64,000 nucleotides of DNA, from assembly GCA_013239625.1 (NCBI GenBank), contig MU053934.1:8453352-8517351 (forward strand), written 5' to 3'. Positions 37,876 through 50,600 of the stretch are shown one piece after another. Made by a program: the position numbers and the translations under genes. Source of the stretch: Lama guanicoe (taxonomy: Eukaryota). The notes under the pieces are model-generated. The model ran no database searches, had not been told where the DNA came from, and saw only the letters and a program-made list of their open reading frames with translations. The first letter of the stretch is position 1. Each line of letters begins with the position of its first letter.

Positions 37876-38490
37876 NNNNNNNNNNNNNNNNNNNNNNNNN
37901 NNNNNNNNNNNNNNNNNNNNNNNNNNNNNNNNNNNNNNNNNNNNNNNNNNNNNNNNNNNNNNNNNNNNNNNNNNNNNNNNNNNNNNNNNNNNNNNNNNNN
38001 NNNNNNNNNNNNNNNNNNNNNNNNNNNNNNNNNNNNNNNNNNNNNNNNNNNNNNNNNNNNNNNNNNNNNNNNNNNNNNNNNNNNNNNNNNNNNNNNNNNN
38101 NNNNNNNNNNNNNNNNNNNNNNNNNNNNNNNNNNNNNNNNNNNNNNNNNNNNNNNNNNNNNNNNNNNNNNNNNNNNNNNNNNNNNNNNNNNNNNNNNNNN
38201 NNNNNNNNNNNNNNNNNNNNNNNNNNNNNNNNNNNNNNNNNNNNNNNNNNNNNNNNNNNNNNNNNNNNNNNNNNNNNNNNNNNNNNNNNNNNNNNNNNNN
38301 NNNNNNNNNNNNNNNNNNNNNNNNNNNNNNNNNNNNNNNNNNNNNNNNNNNNNNNNNNNNNNNNNNNNNNNNNNNNNNNNNNNNNNNNNNNNNNNNNNNN
38401 NNNNNNNNNNNNNNNNNNNNNNNNNNNNNNNNNNNNNNNNNNNNNNNNNNNNNNNNNNNNNNNNNNNNNNNNNNNNNNNNNNNNNNNNNN
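37876..38490. other. Assembly gap preceded by an 18-C homopolymer
   Basis: C run 37858-37875 then Ns. Confidence 1.
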
Positions 38491-41092
38491 GTCCCCTTCT
38501 CTATCTCTGACTTTCTGTCTGTCTCTGTGGGTGGGTCTCTGCGTGTCCGTCCAGCGGCTTGTCCAGCCGCCTTGTTTCCTGATCTTCCTTCCGCGACACT
38601 GCCCCCTCCCCATCGCGGCTCTCTCCTCGCTTCTCACTGCCCCCTCTTAATAGAGCAAACAAAGATGGTCGAGGGAGGGAGACACCTCCTTTCTGAGCCC
38701 TGTCCTGGATCAGCGTGGGGCCCCACCCCTCTGGCCTCTGGCCTGGGCCTCGGGCCACCTTCCTGCGGGGAGCTGGCCCTGCAGAGCTGTGGGGGTCGGT
38801 TTGGGACAGCTGGCACATATGAGGGCAGAGGCCCCAGTGCTGGAGCTTGCAGAGGTTTGTACCCTCAACCTGGGGAGCCCCTCTCTCCTCCCTTGAGAGG
38901 TGGCACACTGGCCTGGTCAGGGCTCTGGGCCTCTGGCAGAATCAGATCATGCACTCGACCCTGTTCACATGAGCAGAGCCTGACGCTTTCTAAGATTTTT
39001 TCCAATGGAGCCAAGGTAGGGAGAACTTGCTGGGCTGGGGGAGGGTCCCTGGTCTGAAGGTCACAGGGTGTGGTCTCAGCCCGGCTTCGCCAGGCCACTT
39101 CCTGAGGGTGACCTCTATCTCCCCATCCATGGCATGGGGCAGCAGCGAGAGCCCTGTGCAGTCGCCTGAGAACCGCGTGGGCTGGCCATCATGTCCAGGT
39201 GATTAGCGATGCTCTTGGAGAGAACGGGGCTGTGCCAGAGCTCTCCGGAATCCCAAAGACCAGTCCCTGGTCTGCATCTGGAGGGGGAGGGGGAGCTCCC
39301 TGCAGCCTCTCAGACCTGCTGCAGGGCCAACCCAGAAACCCTTCCTGGAGGGGTAAGGGGCTCTGGGAGTGGAGCCTGGACCACCAGGCTGTCCTCTTTA
39401 ACGACTGTGCTTGATAAAATGATGATTCCTGGACTCCTATCCTGGCCTTTGATGGGGTACCAGGAATCTGCATTTTACAACTCCCCCCTCTTCTGATGCA
39501 CTTTCAGGTGTGAGTGGTGGCATCAGGTTATGGGACAAGGTCATACAGCTTCCTCTGACTGGCAGGCAGTGGGGTGGACCCAAGAGGAGCCGGCCTTACT
39601 GTGTCCCTGGGCAAGCCACTCTATCTCTGAGCCTAAGCCCCCATCAGTCAAAGGAGATTAAGGCCTCCCAAGGGTCTTTCCTGCCAAATGGTCTGGGATT
39701 CGGAGCCATTGCTTTCAGTGGGGTAGGGGGTGGCTGGGGGCTACAGAGTCAAGGAGGCCCAGGTCGGCGTCCCAGGACCACCGCTGGCCGGCTGTGTGGC
39801 CCTGGGCAAGTCACTGGGCTTCTCTAGGCTTCAGTCTCTTCTCCTGAGAACTAGCGATCACAGCATTACCCACTCCTTATGGGTGGTGAGGAGCCAGAAG
39901 CCCAGCGCCTGACACGTCACAAGCCCACCGGGAACACGGGGGACCAGTCACGAGAGAGGCTAGCACTCTGCAGTTTTCACTGTCGGTGATGGGGACAGTC
40001 GCGTGGACTTAATTTCTCATCAGCAGGGAGAGTGGTCTGTGCAGAAACATTTGTTAGCTAATGGATTTTTTTCTTTCTAAATGGATGGCTTAAAAGCCCG
40101 AGGACGGCCACGCAGAGTTGCCTGGGCAGCTCGGGTGGCGTCTTATGGGATCCGCTGGGTGCCACCGCCAGCTCCCCAAGCACTGGGAGACAACACCCTT
40201 GTCTCCTGGGCGACTCCCTACAGAGTCAAGAGAGCAGAAACCCAGGAGGGGCCTGGGTCTGGGAAGGAAAGAGAAAGTCTCGGGCCCTTGCCAGGTGCCC
40301 CGAGTTGTGAGCGTCCGTGGACGCGAACAAAGTTGTCTTCTGGGACATCCGTGGGAAAAGCAGAGCTCTCGAGAAACCCGTAGAGGGACAAGGGAAGTCA
40401 TTAATTCATTCACTCACTCACTCCTTCCCACAGGCCTTCTCCAGGCCTGCAGATGGCCAGGGACCCAGGGAGGCAGAGAGACCCATGCAGAAAAGGGGAG
40501 GCCTCAATCTGGGTGGGGAGCTGTTGGGTCAGACGTTCTGTCCATGGTCCTTGGGGTCAAAAGCAGGGTCAGGACATCCTGCTTCAGGGCTCACCCCAAA
40601 GCCCGGGGTGGCCCTCAGGGTAGACCCTGAGAAGGACCAGGGTTAGAGTTCGGAGATACGGATTAAAACCGTGGGCTGTAATGAAGACATGGGTTAGTGG
40701 GACAAGGAGGTGACTTCCTGAGGACAGTATAACCTTCTTTTTTAACCATATCCCTCTTTTATGTCTCAAAATCGAATTTTGGTGAGGGAGCATCTCATGG
40801 GGCGGGAACTTTGAAGTCTGTGTGTGAACACAGTTCTCGCGACTCAGGAAACCTGATGTCTCGAGAGCAGCCCAGGGGCATCTGCCAATAGGACTTGGCT
40901 CCAGCCTCAGACCCTGTGGCCTGGAGGAGAAGCCAGCAGGGGCCAGGGAGGGGCTGCAAAGGCTGGAGACCCCAGAGTTGGGTCCACCTGCTATAAATCC
41001 CGGCAGCACTATTGATAGCTGTGTGGCCGTGGGGAAGTGGCCTAGCCTCTCTGAGCTTCAGTTTGCTCATTTGAGAAGTGTAGATTGGAAAA

Positions 41093-41325
41093 CACAGCTT
41101 AGGTGACCAAAACCTGGGTTCTGGAGCCAGGCTTCTTGGGTTCGAATCCTGGCCCCACCTCTCATCAGCTGTGTGATGTTGGCAAGTCACCAAGTGTCTC
41201 TGTGTGCCTCGGCTTTTTCATCTGTGAAGTGGTGATGGTGGTTGCACCTACCACCTAAGGCGCTTGTGAGGACTACGTGGCTTCATGTAAGGTCCTGGGT
41301 AGGACAGTGCCTTGTGTTGGTATGG
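41093..41325 (+). mobile_element. MIR SINE, near full length (one of many MIR fragments, e.g. ~9480, 9720, 14200, 23750, 24250, 30960, 41820, 42480, 43370, 46750, 52750, 54870, 57240, 59600, 62300)
   Basis: TCTGGAGCCAG...GGGTTCGAATCCTGGC...AGCTGTGTGATGTTGGCAAGTCAC...TCATCTGTGAAGTGG core. Confidence 0.8.
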
Positions 41326-44300
41326 TAGAGGGGTCTTGCAGTGACAGGGGCTTGCGGTCAGGCTGGCCTGGCATTGGCCCTGGAGTTCCTGTCAGTGTTA
41401 ACGTCAAGGTTAAAACCCACTTCTGGGCTCACGCTATGACTATGGGTGATGAGCCGTGTGCAGGCCCCCTCGGAGATGCTGGTGCCAGTCTGAATCTCTC
41501 GGAGATGCTGGTGCCACTCTGTACCCTCTGGGCAGAGCAGCGGGGACATAGGTGACATTTGCAATTGCTTTACCCTTGACTACACCCAGGAGCGAGTGAG
41601 GAGGGGCTGGGGCCAGGTCCCTTCTGAAAAAGTTATCAAGAAAATCTATGTAGTTCATTTAAAAGGAGTACCGAGTATTGCTCTCCTCGGTTCTGACTCC
41701 CAGGCATCGATTTACCACCTACTGTGTGCCAGGCCCGGTGTGAAGACTTCCCCGGCCACCATACCACTTACTCCTCCCAGCCAGCCTAGAAGGTGATCAT
41801 GGCCCTGCCCAGTTAACAGAAGGGCAAACTGAGGCTCAGAGAGGCCAATGGCTGCCCAGAGACACTGGCAGCAAGAAGCAGGGCTGGGGCTCAAACCGCC
41901 AGGTCCCCAGCAAGAGGGGAGGTGTGCACGCCCACTTTCCAGTCCATGACGCTACGTGCCTGATGGTGAGGGACTGTCACCGTGACGCCTCCCCATCGGG
42001 AGCTGCCGTGGTGGGCTCCTCTGACCCCACTGGAAGTCCTGCTCATTTTCCGGAAGGTTCTTAAGGTTTTGCTCTCTGCGCCATCAGCTGGGCTGATTAA
42101 AGACCTTCTTTCTTTTATCCAAAGCAGTTTCTCCAGCAAAACCAATCTGCCCAGAGCCTAGAAGAGAGCAGAGGAGGAGAGACTCACAGGGAAGACCCCG
42201 GTTGGGAGGGGGGCCCCATTCAGCACCAGAAGGTCCTGGTTTCGCCACTTCCACCCCTTTGAGTCTAAGAGGGGTTACTCTCTATGCCTTGGTTTTCAAA
42301 TCTGTGAAATGGGAATTTTTACTTCTGCTCTGGTGGGAGGGTAGGTAAAGCTGTGAAGTAATAATAGTCAACACATATATAGCCCTGGGCCGGAAACTGG
42401 GAGGCATCTTACATATTTGCCCTCATTTAACCCTCTGAGGCCCTATGAGGTCATTGTATCATCCCACTGTGCAGGTGAGGAAGGCAAGGCACAGAGAGGT
42501 CAGTGTCTTATCCAAGGTCACGCAGCTGGTAAGACTTTGAGTCTGGTAAGCCAGTCCATCGAGGCCACTTCTTGGTAGATAGGCATGACACCCCTTGCTT
42601 GATTATTCCCACTGACAGGGAGCTCACTACCTCATGAGCTCCTGTGATGGTTAGTCTAGGACTTGGATAGGTGGCGGTGATGGTCCCTGGTACAGTAGAC
42701 TCAGTGTGGGAGAAGATTCTGAGCTTGGCTTAGGCCAAGCAGGGTTTGAGGTGCTGGCAGGCCAAACCATGGAGAGGTGGGGAGGGTGGTCCCCAGTTCT
42801 TCGTTTCTCCCAGTCATGTCCATCTCATCTGTCCCACAGACCAAATCTGAGGCTGAGAGAGGAGAAAACTCAGCACAGGAGGGCAGACAGTAGGTGTCCA
42901 ATAAACCCTTGGGGGGGATCAATCCTGTTTCTAAGGAAAATTTTAAGTTATAAAATCAACTTAGGCATTTGATATAAACTCTAGAAAATCGATCCCAGTT
43001 TTACCTGTAACCTCCCCCCAGAACATCAGCATTTTGTGTATCATTTCCAGTCTTTTTTCAGTAAATGCATCCCGATGTAGAACCATTTTTACGTATCATC
43101 ACACCACGTGTAGTTTCGCATCCTGACCTTTCTCGCTTCCTGTGAGTACCACGAGCACCTCCCGCGTTCTTTCAGTGGTCCGGTTGTTCCTGAAGAGCAG
43201 TGAGGACTTTTTACTGGTGGCACAATATCCTGTGGCTGTTCTTCATTTGCCCCAGACCATCCCCCTTTCAGTGGAGCCGCCACATGGACCATGATGTGAA
43301 AAGCAGGTGTTGCCCCCGAGGTCACACCCCAGACGTCCGACGGGACAGCTGGTCAGCCCCGCCAAGCTGTGTGACCTCGGGCAGGGCCCTGCCGCTCTTT
43401 GAGTCTCAGGCGCCTGCACTGCTGTGAAATGGGGGCAAGAGCCTGACGTCAGGGGGCTGCTGGGAGGAGTAAACGAGGAGATGTGATGTCAGTCATCTGG
43501 CTGTGGCGGGGGCTTGGAAGGTGGAAGTTATTAGTGTTACTGTCTTTGTTATTATTTCGTTCCCATCTCCCCAGTTAGACTGTGGAGCCCTGCAAGCAGG
43601 AGCCAGGCTCTGTGCATTCCTGTGTCCCACAGGCGCCGTTATATTTATCGGATTCCTCACATTCAGGTCCCTCCAAATAGAGTGAGTCTCTGTGCGGGCG
43701 GGGCCCTGGGAGACCCTTCACTGACAAGGTCTCATCTTGTCTCCATGAGTCGGGATCATCAGCCCCATTTTAGAAACAGTTTCAGAGAGTGTGATGGGCC
43801 TGCCCAATGTCACACAGTGGGAAGAAGACAGCCAGGAATACTTCCTGGAGGAGGTGGCATGGCACAGGGCTGACAGGATGGGGCATTTGACTGGGCCAAG
43901 GGACAGAGTGCTGGTGTTCTGGGGGCGGAGCAGAGGCGCCTGGGAGCTGTGGGGGGAGGGGGCCCAGCACGTGTTGTGCAGAGTGTGAGTGAGGCTTGGG
44001 GGCGTTTGCTGAGCTGAGCTGACCTGAAGTGACAGCAGGGCAGAAATGAGCTAGCTGTCTAGGCTCCTGGCCCCAGCTGCACCCCACCCAGCCACTTCCT
44101 CCTGTCCAGGCAGGAAGGGGTGCTCTGCAGGATTGGAGGCTGCAGGCACCTTCCTGGGGCCTGCTTTGTGAGCAGTGATAAAATATTTATCAGGAGCACT
44201 GGCAGCTGGGCTTCCCTGCACAGGGAAGTGGGCAGCTCCCACCCCTGGGCCTGCAGCCTGGCTGAGTCCCGCTGAGTCACAGGAGAGCCCGCTGAGCCAC

Positions 44301-44635
44301 CTGCCCGCGCCCTCCTCGGCCCCTCTGCCCTTTGGCCACATGGATGCCTTGTAATATGTAAGCTATTCGGCTGCCCACGGGGCCAGGGCATCCAGTGCAG
44401 TTAGTGCTGAGGGTTTCAGAGCTCACTCAGCAGCCAAGGTCACTGGCAGAGGAGGCCAGCAGGCTGGGATCCCCCCAGACCCATCCCTGCAGGTCCCCAC
44501 CTCTTTAGTCCTCACAGCACCCAGCAAGGTAGGTCCTCTTGCACCTCTGTTTGGTAATGAGATGCTGAGGCTCAGAGTCGGGGCACGACGGGTCAGGTCT
44601 CACGCTGTCACGGGCCAAGCAGAGATTCAGCCCTT

Positions 44636-44691
44636 GGCTGCCTGACCTCTGCCATGGAGGGGCTGCCTGACCTCTGCCATGGAGGGGCTGC
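44636..44691. repeat. Perfect 25-bp tandem duplication
   Basis: GGCTGCCTGACCTCTGCCATGGAGG x2 plus GGCTGC. Confidence 0.9.
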
Positions 44692-47600
44692 ACTCTGTCC
44701 TAGCCCAAGGTCAGGGCCTGGGGGGCGGGGGGTCTGCCCGCCCTGGTGTGACCAGGAGCTGCAACTTCAGGTTTGTGATTTTGATTTTCAGAGGAACAGC
44801 AACAACAAAAAACAGTAGCAGATGGCTCCTTCTTGCTGCCACCAGCGTGGGCAGAGGGACGAGGCTTTCAGATTCTTTTGTTCACTCATTCATAAAGCAC
44901 ATTCTGGGTGCGCTGGTCAGATCCCCGCATCCCAGGCTCCCAGGACCAGTGAAGGACACTTCAGCTGTGGCTCGGGGTGCCCTCAGAGCCAGAAAGGGCG
45001 GGTTCTGCCCCGGGGCCCACTTCCTGCTTGCTTATGTGCTCTGTGACCTCTGGCAAGTTCCTCTGCCTCTCTGAGCCTCGGTCTCCGGTTTGTGGATTGG
45101 AGGATCAAGCGAGGATCACACCTGTGTCCTTGTTCTCCATCACATCTTCACATCGGCCTGACGAGCATCAGTAGGCCTTTGGACGGGTCTGGTTCCCGGA
45201 GAGGTCCTGGCAGGCCTGTGGTTGGCTCTCCCAGGAAAGAACCTGAAGCCAGTGCCCTGGGGGCCTTGCAGATATGCTGATGGAAGGTGGGAGTTTTTCT
45301 AAGCTTGATTCTGAAGGGAACTGGTCCCTGGAGCCACACTCACTGCTAGGAGCTGTGAGAGGGAGCCCTGTGGGTGGCCGGGGTCACCTCCGCTTCACTG
45401 CCTGCCCCTGCTTGAAGGTCACCTCATATTCCTACTCGTTCTCTGTCCTTGCCTCCTCTGGGCCTCCTCCTGCCTTTCCTCTGTCTGGAATTCTTTTCCT
45501 CCCTTCTTCACTGGTGGCTTTTGTTTGTTCTTCAAGTCCTTGCTGGAAGATGCCTTCCTCCTCCAGGAAGCCCTCCTGGCTGCCCTGCATTCACCCCAGG
45601 CAGGGTGGGTAGACGCCCCTCCCATGCTCCTTTACCTTGGAATCTTCGCTCATATCTTTGACCCAGCACTGGATGTGTTCCCCAGTCTCCTTCCCTCCAG
45701 CCTGGGGTCCAAGGGCAGAACTCGATTCATCTCTGGGTCCCAGGGCTGAGCTCGGGGCTGGCACACAGTGGGACCCCGGGAGTGTCTGATGAATGAGAGA
45801 GCAAGTGGCAGACATAGGGGCTGGGTTGGAGTTTTAAGAACCTGTGGTAAGGGACAGGAGCGGACCCGTAAGATCTGCTCCATGCGTGAACTCCCTGTGT
45901 TTCTGTGAACTGTCTGCAGACAGGACCTTCCCAGATGATGGACACTCAGCCAGACAACAGGAAGTAAGGACTTCTGGGGCCGAGACTGTTGTGGGACGGG
46001 GGTGCAGTGTCTGGGGGGACTGGGAGGGCTGGCCTCCCAGTCTGGGCCCCTCCTCTTGGAGCTGTGTGACCCCAAGCCTGTGTGACTCAGCCCCTCTGTC
46101 AGGCCTCACGACCGCTCTGCAGACTCAGCGTCTTTCCGTGCAAGGGAAGGAGGCGGGCGGCAGGCTTGCGTTCAGGGGCTGCTCCGGGTGGCGACCAGCA
46201 CTCAGCCCTGCACAGGAAAAAGACCAGGATGGGCAGCAGTAAGTTTCTCTGTAAGCAGTAAGTTTGTTCCCTCTTCCAACTTTTTTGTGTTTTTCCAGTT
46301 TTCTTGAGTTCACTCAGTGGCTTTGCATGGGTGTTGAGAGCCTTATGATGTGAAAATAGAGCCCCTTAGTCTGACGGACACTTGTCATCAGGCTGTCCCG
46401 ACACGGTCTGATGGGGGAGACTAGGCCCGGGCTGTGATGGAGCTGTCACGGAGGGAAACCCAGAGGGGCCCGTGGCCCAGCCTGCAGGCTTGTGAAGGTG
46501 GCACCTTGCGGGGGGCAGGGGGCTGTTGCTAGGGAGGCAGGTGGGAGACCCCGCGTAGAGAAGGGCTGGCCCAGATCCTGAGTGATGTTGGGGGTTGGTG
46601 CTCCTGTTAGACTCCCAGTAGCTGCATCCCCTGAGGGTATCCACCCACCAGCCTGCCCCTGGGGGCCACCGGGGCATTCAGGAGCCCATGTGACCCTTAC
46701 CCCTGGGGGATCCTGTGGGGCTGGCACTGCTATGCCCCCATTTTACAGAATGGGAAAATTGAGGCCAAGTACAGTGAGTGGCCAAGCTGAGCTTCAGATT
46801 CAAATCTGTCCCCAGAGCCCAACTCGTAACAGCCGGCCTCTCCTGCCGCCCTTGCTCCTTCACTGAGCCCCGGGGCCTCGGCTCTGTCATTTGTGGAGAG
46901 GGGATTAGAGCGTGACATCATAGGCCAAGCAAGTGCCATTCATGGGACTAATTTTCAAGCCCACGCCCTGAGTTCTCTCTGAGTTCATGATTTCTGTTGT
47001 CTGTGGTTGGAGCATCGCTCAGGGGGCAAGTTAGGGGAACCAGATAGAAGCACCAGAGGCACCATGGGGACAGGGCTCTAAGGAGAACCAACAGAAATGG
47101 GAAATGAGTTCGATTCCACAAGACCAACCCGAAAGAGCGTCAGGCAGCCAAAAGGAGGTCAGTGCCGACACGCCCAGGTGTGGCCCCGAGGGCGTGTGGC
47201 TGGCGGGCCCCTAAGGGTGGTGGGAACAAAGCAGGCAGGTCTGAGAGGGAGCCGACTTGGTGCTCTGGGCCCCAGGCCAGCTGAGGACTCAGAGGCAGGT
47301 GGGGAAACACAGCTGCCCCGGGGTCACAGAGCTGGTGGGGCCAGTGCAGCAATGGTGTCTTCTGCTTTACCTGAACCAGCCAACAAAGGGAGACCTCCGT
47401 GCTGATGGTCAAGGTCGCCGGCCATCGCCTTGGTCTGTCTGCTCCAAGGCCAGGAGGCCGCAGCCCTTGGTACCAGGCAGGGCGCGTGAGGGTGGGGGGA
47501 TGTCACTGAGCTCAGGTCTGTTTCCTCCCGCATGTTTGCCAGTGCAGGGGGCTCTGACGGCTGCTGTAGGCGGTGAGTGGGCGAGAGGGCAGGAGGGAGA

Positions 47601-50600
47601 AGGGGGAGGCCCGCCCCGGCCCCCGTCAGGGCACTCCGTTCTCCTAACCTTGCTTCACCAGGAGATGGTGAGGTTTCCCTACTCCCTGTGGGTTTTGAGC
47701 TGAGCAGGCAGGGTGGGCAGAGGAGGTGATGTGGCCTGGGCCCCCCGGGGGCCCGGACGTAGCCTTGGATGCTGGGCTCGGGCTTCCACTGGGTGCACAA
47801 AGGATGGGCCTCCGTCCCCCATTGGAAAATGAGGATGCCCCCTCCCCCTCGTCCCACACTCTGTCTTTCTATCAGAGCAGTTATGATGCCAAACAGCCAC
47901 TGGTGCACCACAGGATAAAAGATTTGGCCAAGGTCAGATTCAAAGCCAGCACTCAGCTCAAGGCCTGGCGCATATTAGGGTCTCAAGAAATACTTATTGT
48001 ACAAACGGCCTTTGACAAGTTGTGCGGCCCTCACAGCCCCCGTGTCCTCCGTGGAGGGAGCTGCCGACGGCCCGTCCCACCTGGCAATGTCGTGCAGACA
48101 GGCCTGGCGCGTGGGGAGTCCTGTGGCTGCTAGCCGGAGACAGTGAAGGAGAAAGCCAGCAGCATGGCCGTCATAGTGAGGGCTCTCTCTGAGCCTCCTG
48201 GGGAGTGGGCCACTGCAGCAGGTGGCCTGGGCAGCTCTGTCCTCCAAGTGCAGGTGCGTGGGCAGTAGGGTGCGGCTCGGGGAGAAGACTTTGATGGGTG
48301 AGGTCACCCTGAGTGGGGTTTTGCAAGATGAATAGGAGTTGGCCAACCAGACCAGGCTTAGGGAAAGCTTATCCCAGATAGTGAAGGACAAGCATGTGGT
48401 CACGAGCGGGGCCTGGCCTTCCAGGACAGCAGCCTTCCGCCTGCAAGCTGACTTTTGCTTTCATTTGCTCAGGGTGCTCCAGGGAGGCTCTTGTCTCTCC
48501 CTTCCTCTCCCCTTAGACAGCCTGTGGGCTGACAGACTGGGCTCCCTGTAAGGGGCCAGGAGCTTGTGACTGACAGCTCGCCCTCTTGTCTCATCCGTGC
48601 AGCGAGGCCCAGGAGAACCCCCTTCTGTCGCTTGCCCCCCGAGCCTGGGGAAACCCTGTGCAGGAGGCCAGTGCCGGAGGAGCGATGCCGCTTGCAGTTA
48701 GGGTGACCGCCTCCGCCCCTAGGCCAACTTCTCACCTCTGTCCTCACCCCATCTGCCGCCCACACCGGGAACCGCAGAGAAAGAGCCCAGGCCTCGGTGA
48801 CTCAGAAAGAGAAACTGCCAAGAAGACCTGAATAAGGAGCCCCTTGGGGGTCAGGCAGGGGCTGGGCAGGGTCGCCCTCCCACACCCAGCACCCAGAGGA
48901 GGGTTTCAGGGAGAACAGGTGCTGGGTCTCCCAGTCCCCACCCTGCCAGGCTGTGGATCTGCCCAGGCCCCATGGCCGCGACTTGTGGCCCATGGGGAGT
49001 CCCCTCCCTGAGCCTCATGCGGCTGGCAAGTCATCCAGCCGTGCCTCAGGACCCCTGCCCAGCCCGGGGGTACACCCCACCGGCCATCGCAGAGTTGAGT
49101 AAAGTGGGGTGACCCTCTGCAGAAACAGAATTTCATGCACACTGTGAAAAGTGAGGAGAACACAGGGGTGGACACACCTGCACCCCATGCCACCCCGCAG
49201 GGCCACCAGGTGAGCAGCAGATACCCCAGCTCACAGGGGGAGAGACAGGCTCTGGAGAACACGGCAGTGAGCAGTGGGGGGAAGCGGAGGCGTGACTGCA
49301 TCCGTGCTCTTGGAGCCCCAGGGGGCCTGGGTTTGAGGCCAGCCTGGCTGACTGCCCCCAGACAAGGGGTTCCCCAATGGATGCAGGTCCGAGAGGGCCT
49401 GGTCAGAGGGACAGGCTGGGGACGGGGCCTGGCACTTTTCAGCTAAAGGAGCTGTGTGTGATTCCCTCCCCACCCAGAACTCACAGAGCCGGAGCTGTGG
49501 CCCAGCCTCACCGTAACATCCTGGTTAAGAGGGGGTTCCCAAAGGCCCTCACCTCTCATTTCGAATCCATGGTCCTTTCCATCCTTGTCACACCCCTGAG
49601 AAGCGTGTCATCCCCAAGTTCTCACCGGTGGAACCAGGTGGGAAACTCAAACGGGGCAGAGCCTGGGGGCAGCAAGGCCTGGGGTGGAGGGTGGGATTGG
49701 GGAGCAGAGTTGCCCCAGCGGAGTCAGGAGGTCTGGACTCCCAGTGGTGTGTATTGAGGGGGCTGTAGCTGGCGTATTCAATTAAGAATTTGCAGATCAA
49801 AACCTCCTGAATGAGGAGGCACGAGCCATCCACACGGAGTCAGCAGGGAGTCCCTCCACATCCGAGCTCCCACTTGGGGAGGTGAAGCCCAGGGTCGTTG
49901 TGATTGAAGCTGCAGTTCCAGTACATTCAGACAGAGGGCGCAGTCACAAGATTCTTCACTTACAGATCCCAGAAATGGGAGAGGGGAGCATAATGACTGG
50001 GGAAGGGCAGTCCCCGTCCCAGTCACGGGCAAGCAGGACACAGAGAACCGGATTATAAGGTGGCTTGTAACTTATAACTAGGGGACCCAGCACCCAGTAG
50101 GACCTCAGCACTTGCTCCTGTTCCCCATCCGTTAGGACGGTCTGGGTGGGTGACCCTGCATGTCCCACCCCTGTGCAAGGCCGCAGCCTCCCTGTCTACA
50201 ACGTGGACACTGGGCCACCTGAGCTCCCGGGGCCTCTGGGCCTGGCCTCCCGTGGGAGATGCAGGGTGCGGAGGGCCTGGGAGGCATCGGGTCGAGGTCA
50301 CCCAGTGTCCTTTCTTGGGAGGCCCCTTCTCTGACTTCCGCCTGCTGTTTTGGTATTGAACAGCCTTTCCTGTGGGAGAGGAGGGCCAGGCGGGTTTTGC
50401 TAAATGCCCTTTCTTAGCTGCTTGTGTCAGTTCCCAAACGTAAACCAAGTTCACGGAGAAGGAAGGTACAGGAACTCCAGACACGTGTGAGGAGGGGAGA
50501 GTAAAGGAGAGCTGGAGGGGCCAGGGACCCCAGGGGCCTAGGACAAGTGTCCCTTCCCTCAGACGCCTCTGGGAGTGGAATCCTCTCAGTCTCTTGCTCC

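Noticed and set aside
37687..39057. Longest ORF (456 aa) and other X-containing ORFs
   Set aside because: Length is produced by translating through N gaps.
40410..40530. Strong acceptor (CACTCCTTCCCACAG| at 40433) followed by ATG at 40453 as an alternative coding exon
   Set aside because: Downstream donors (40513, 40528) are weak and phase 0, incompatible with the phase-2 junction at 63079; the pyrimidine tract looks L2-derived.
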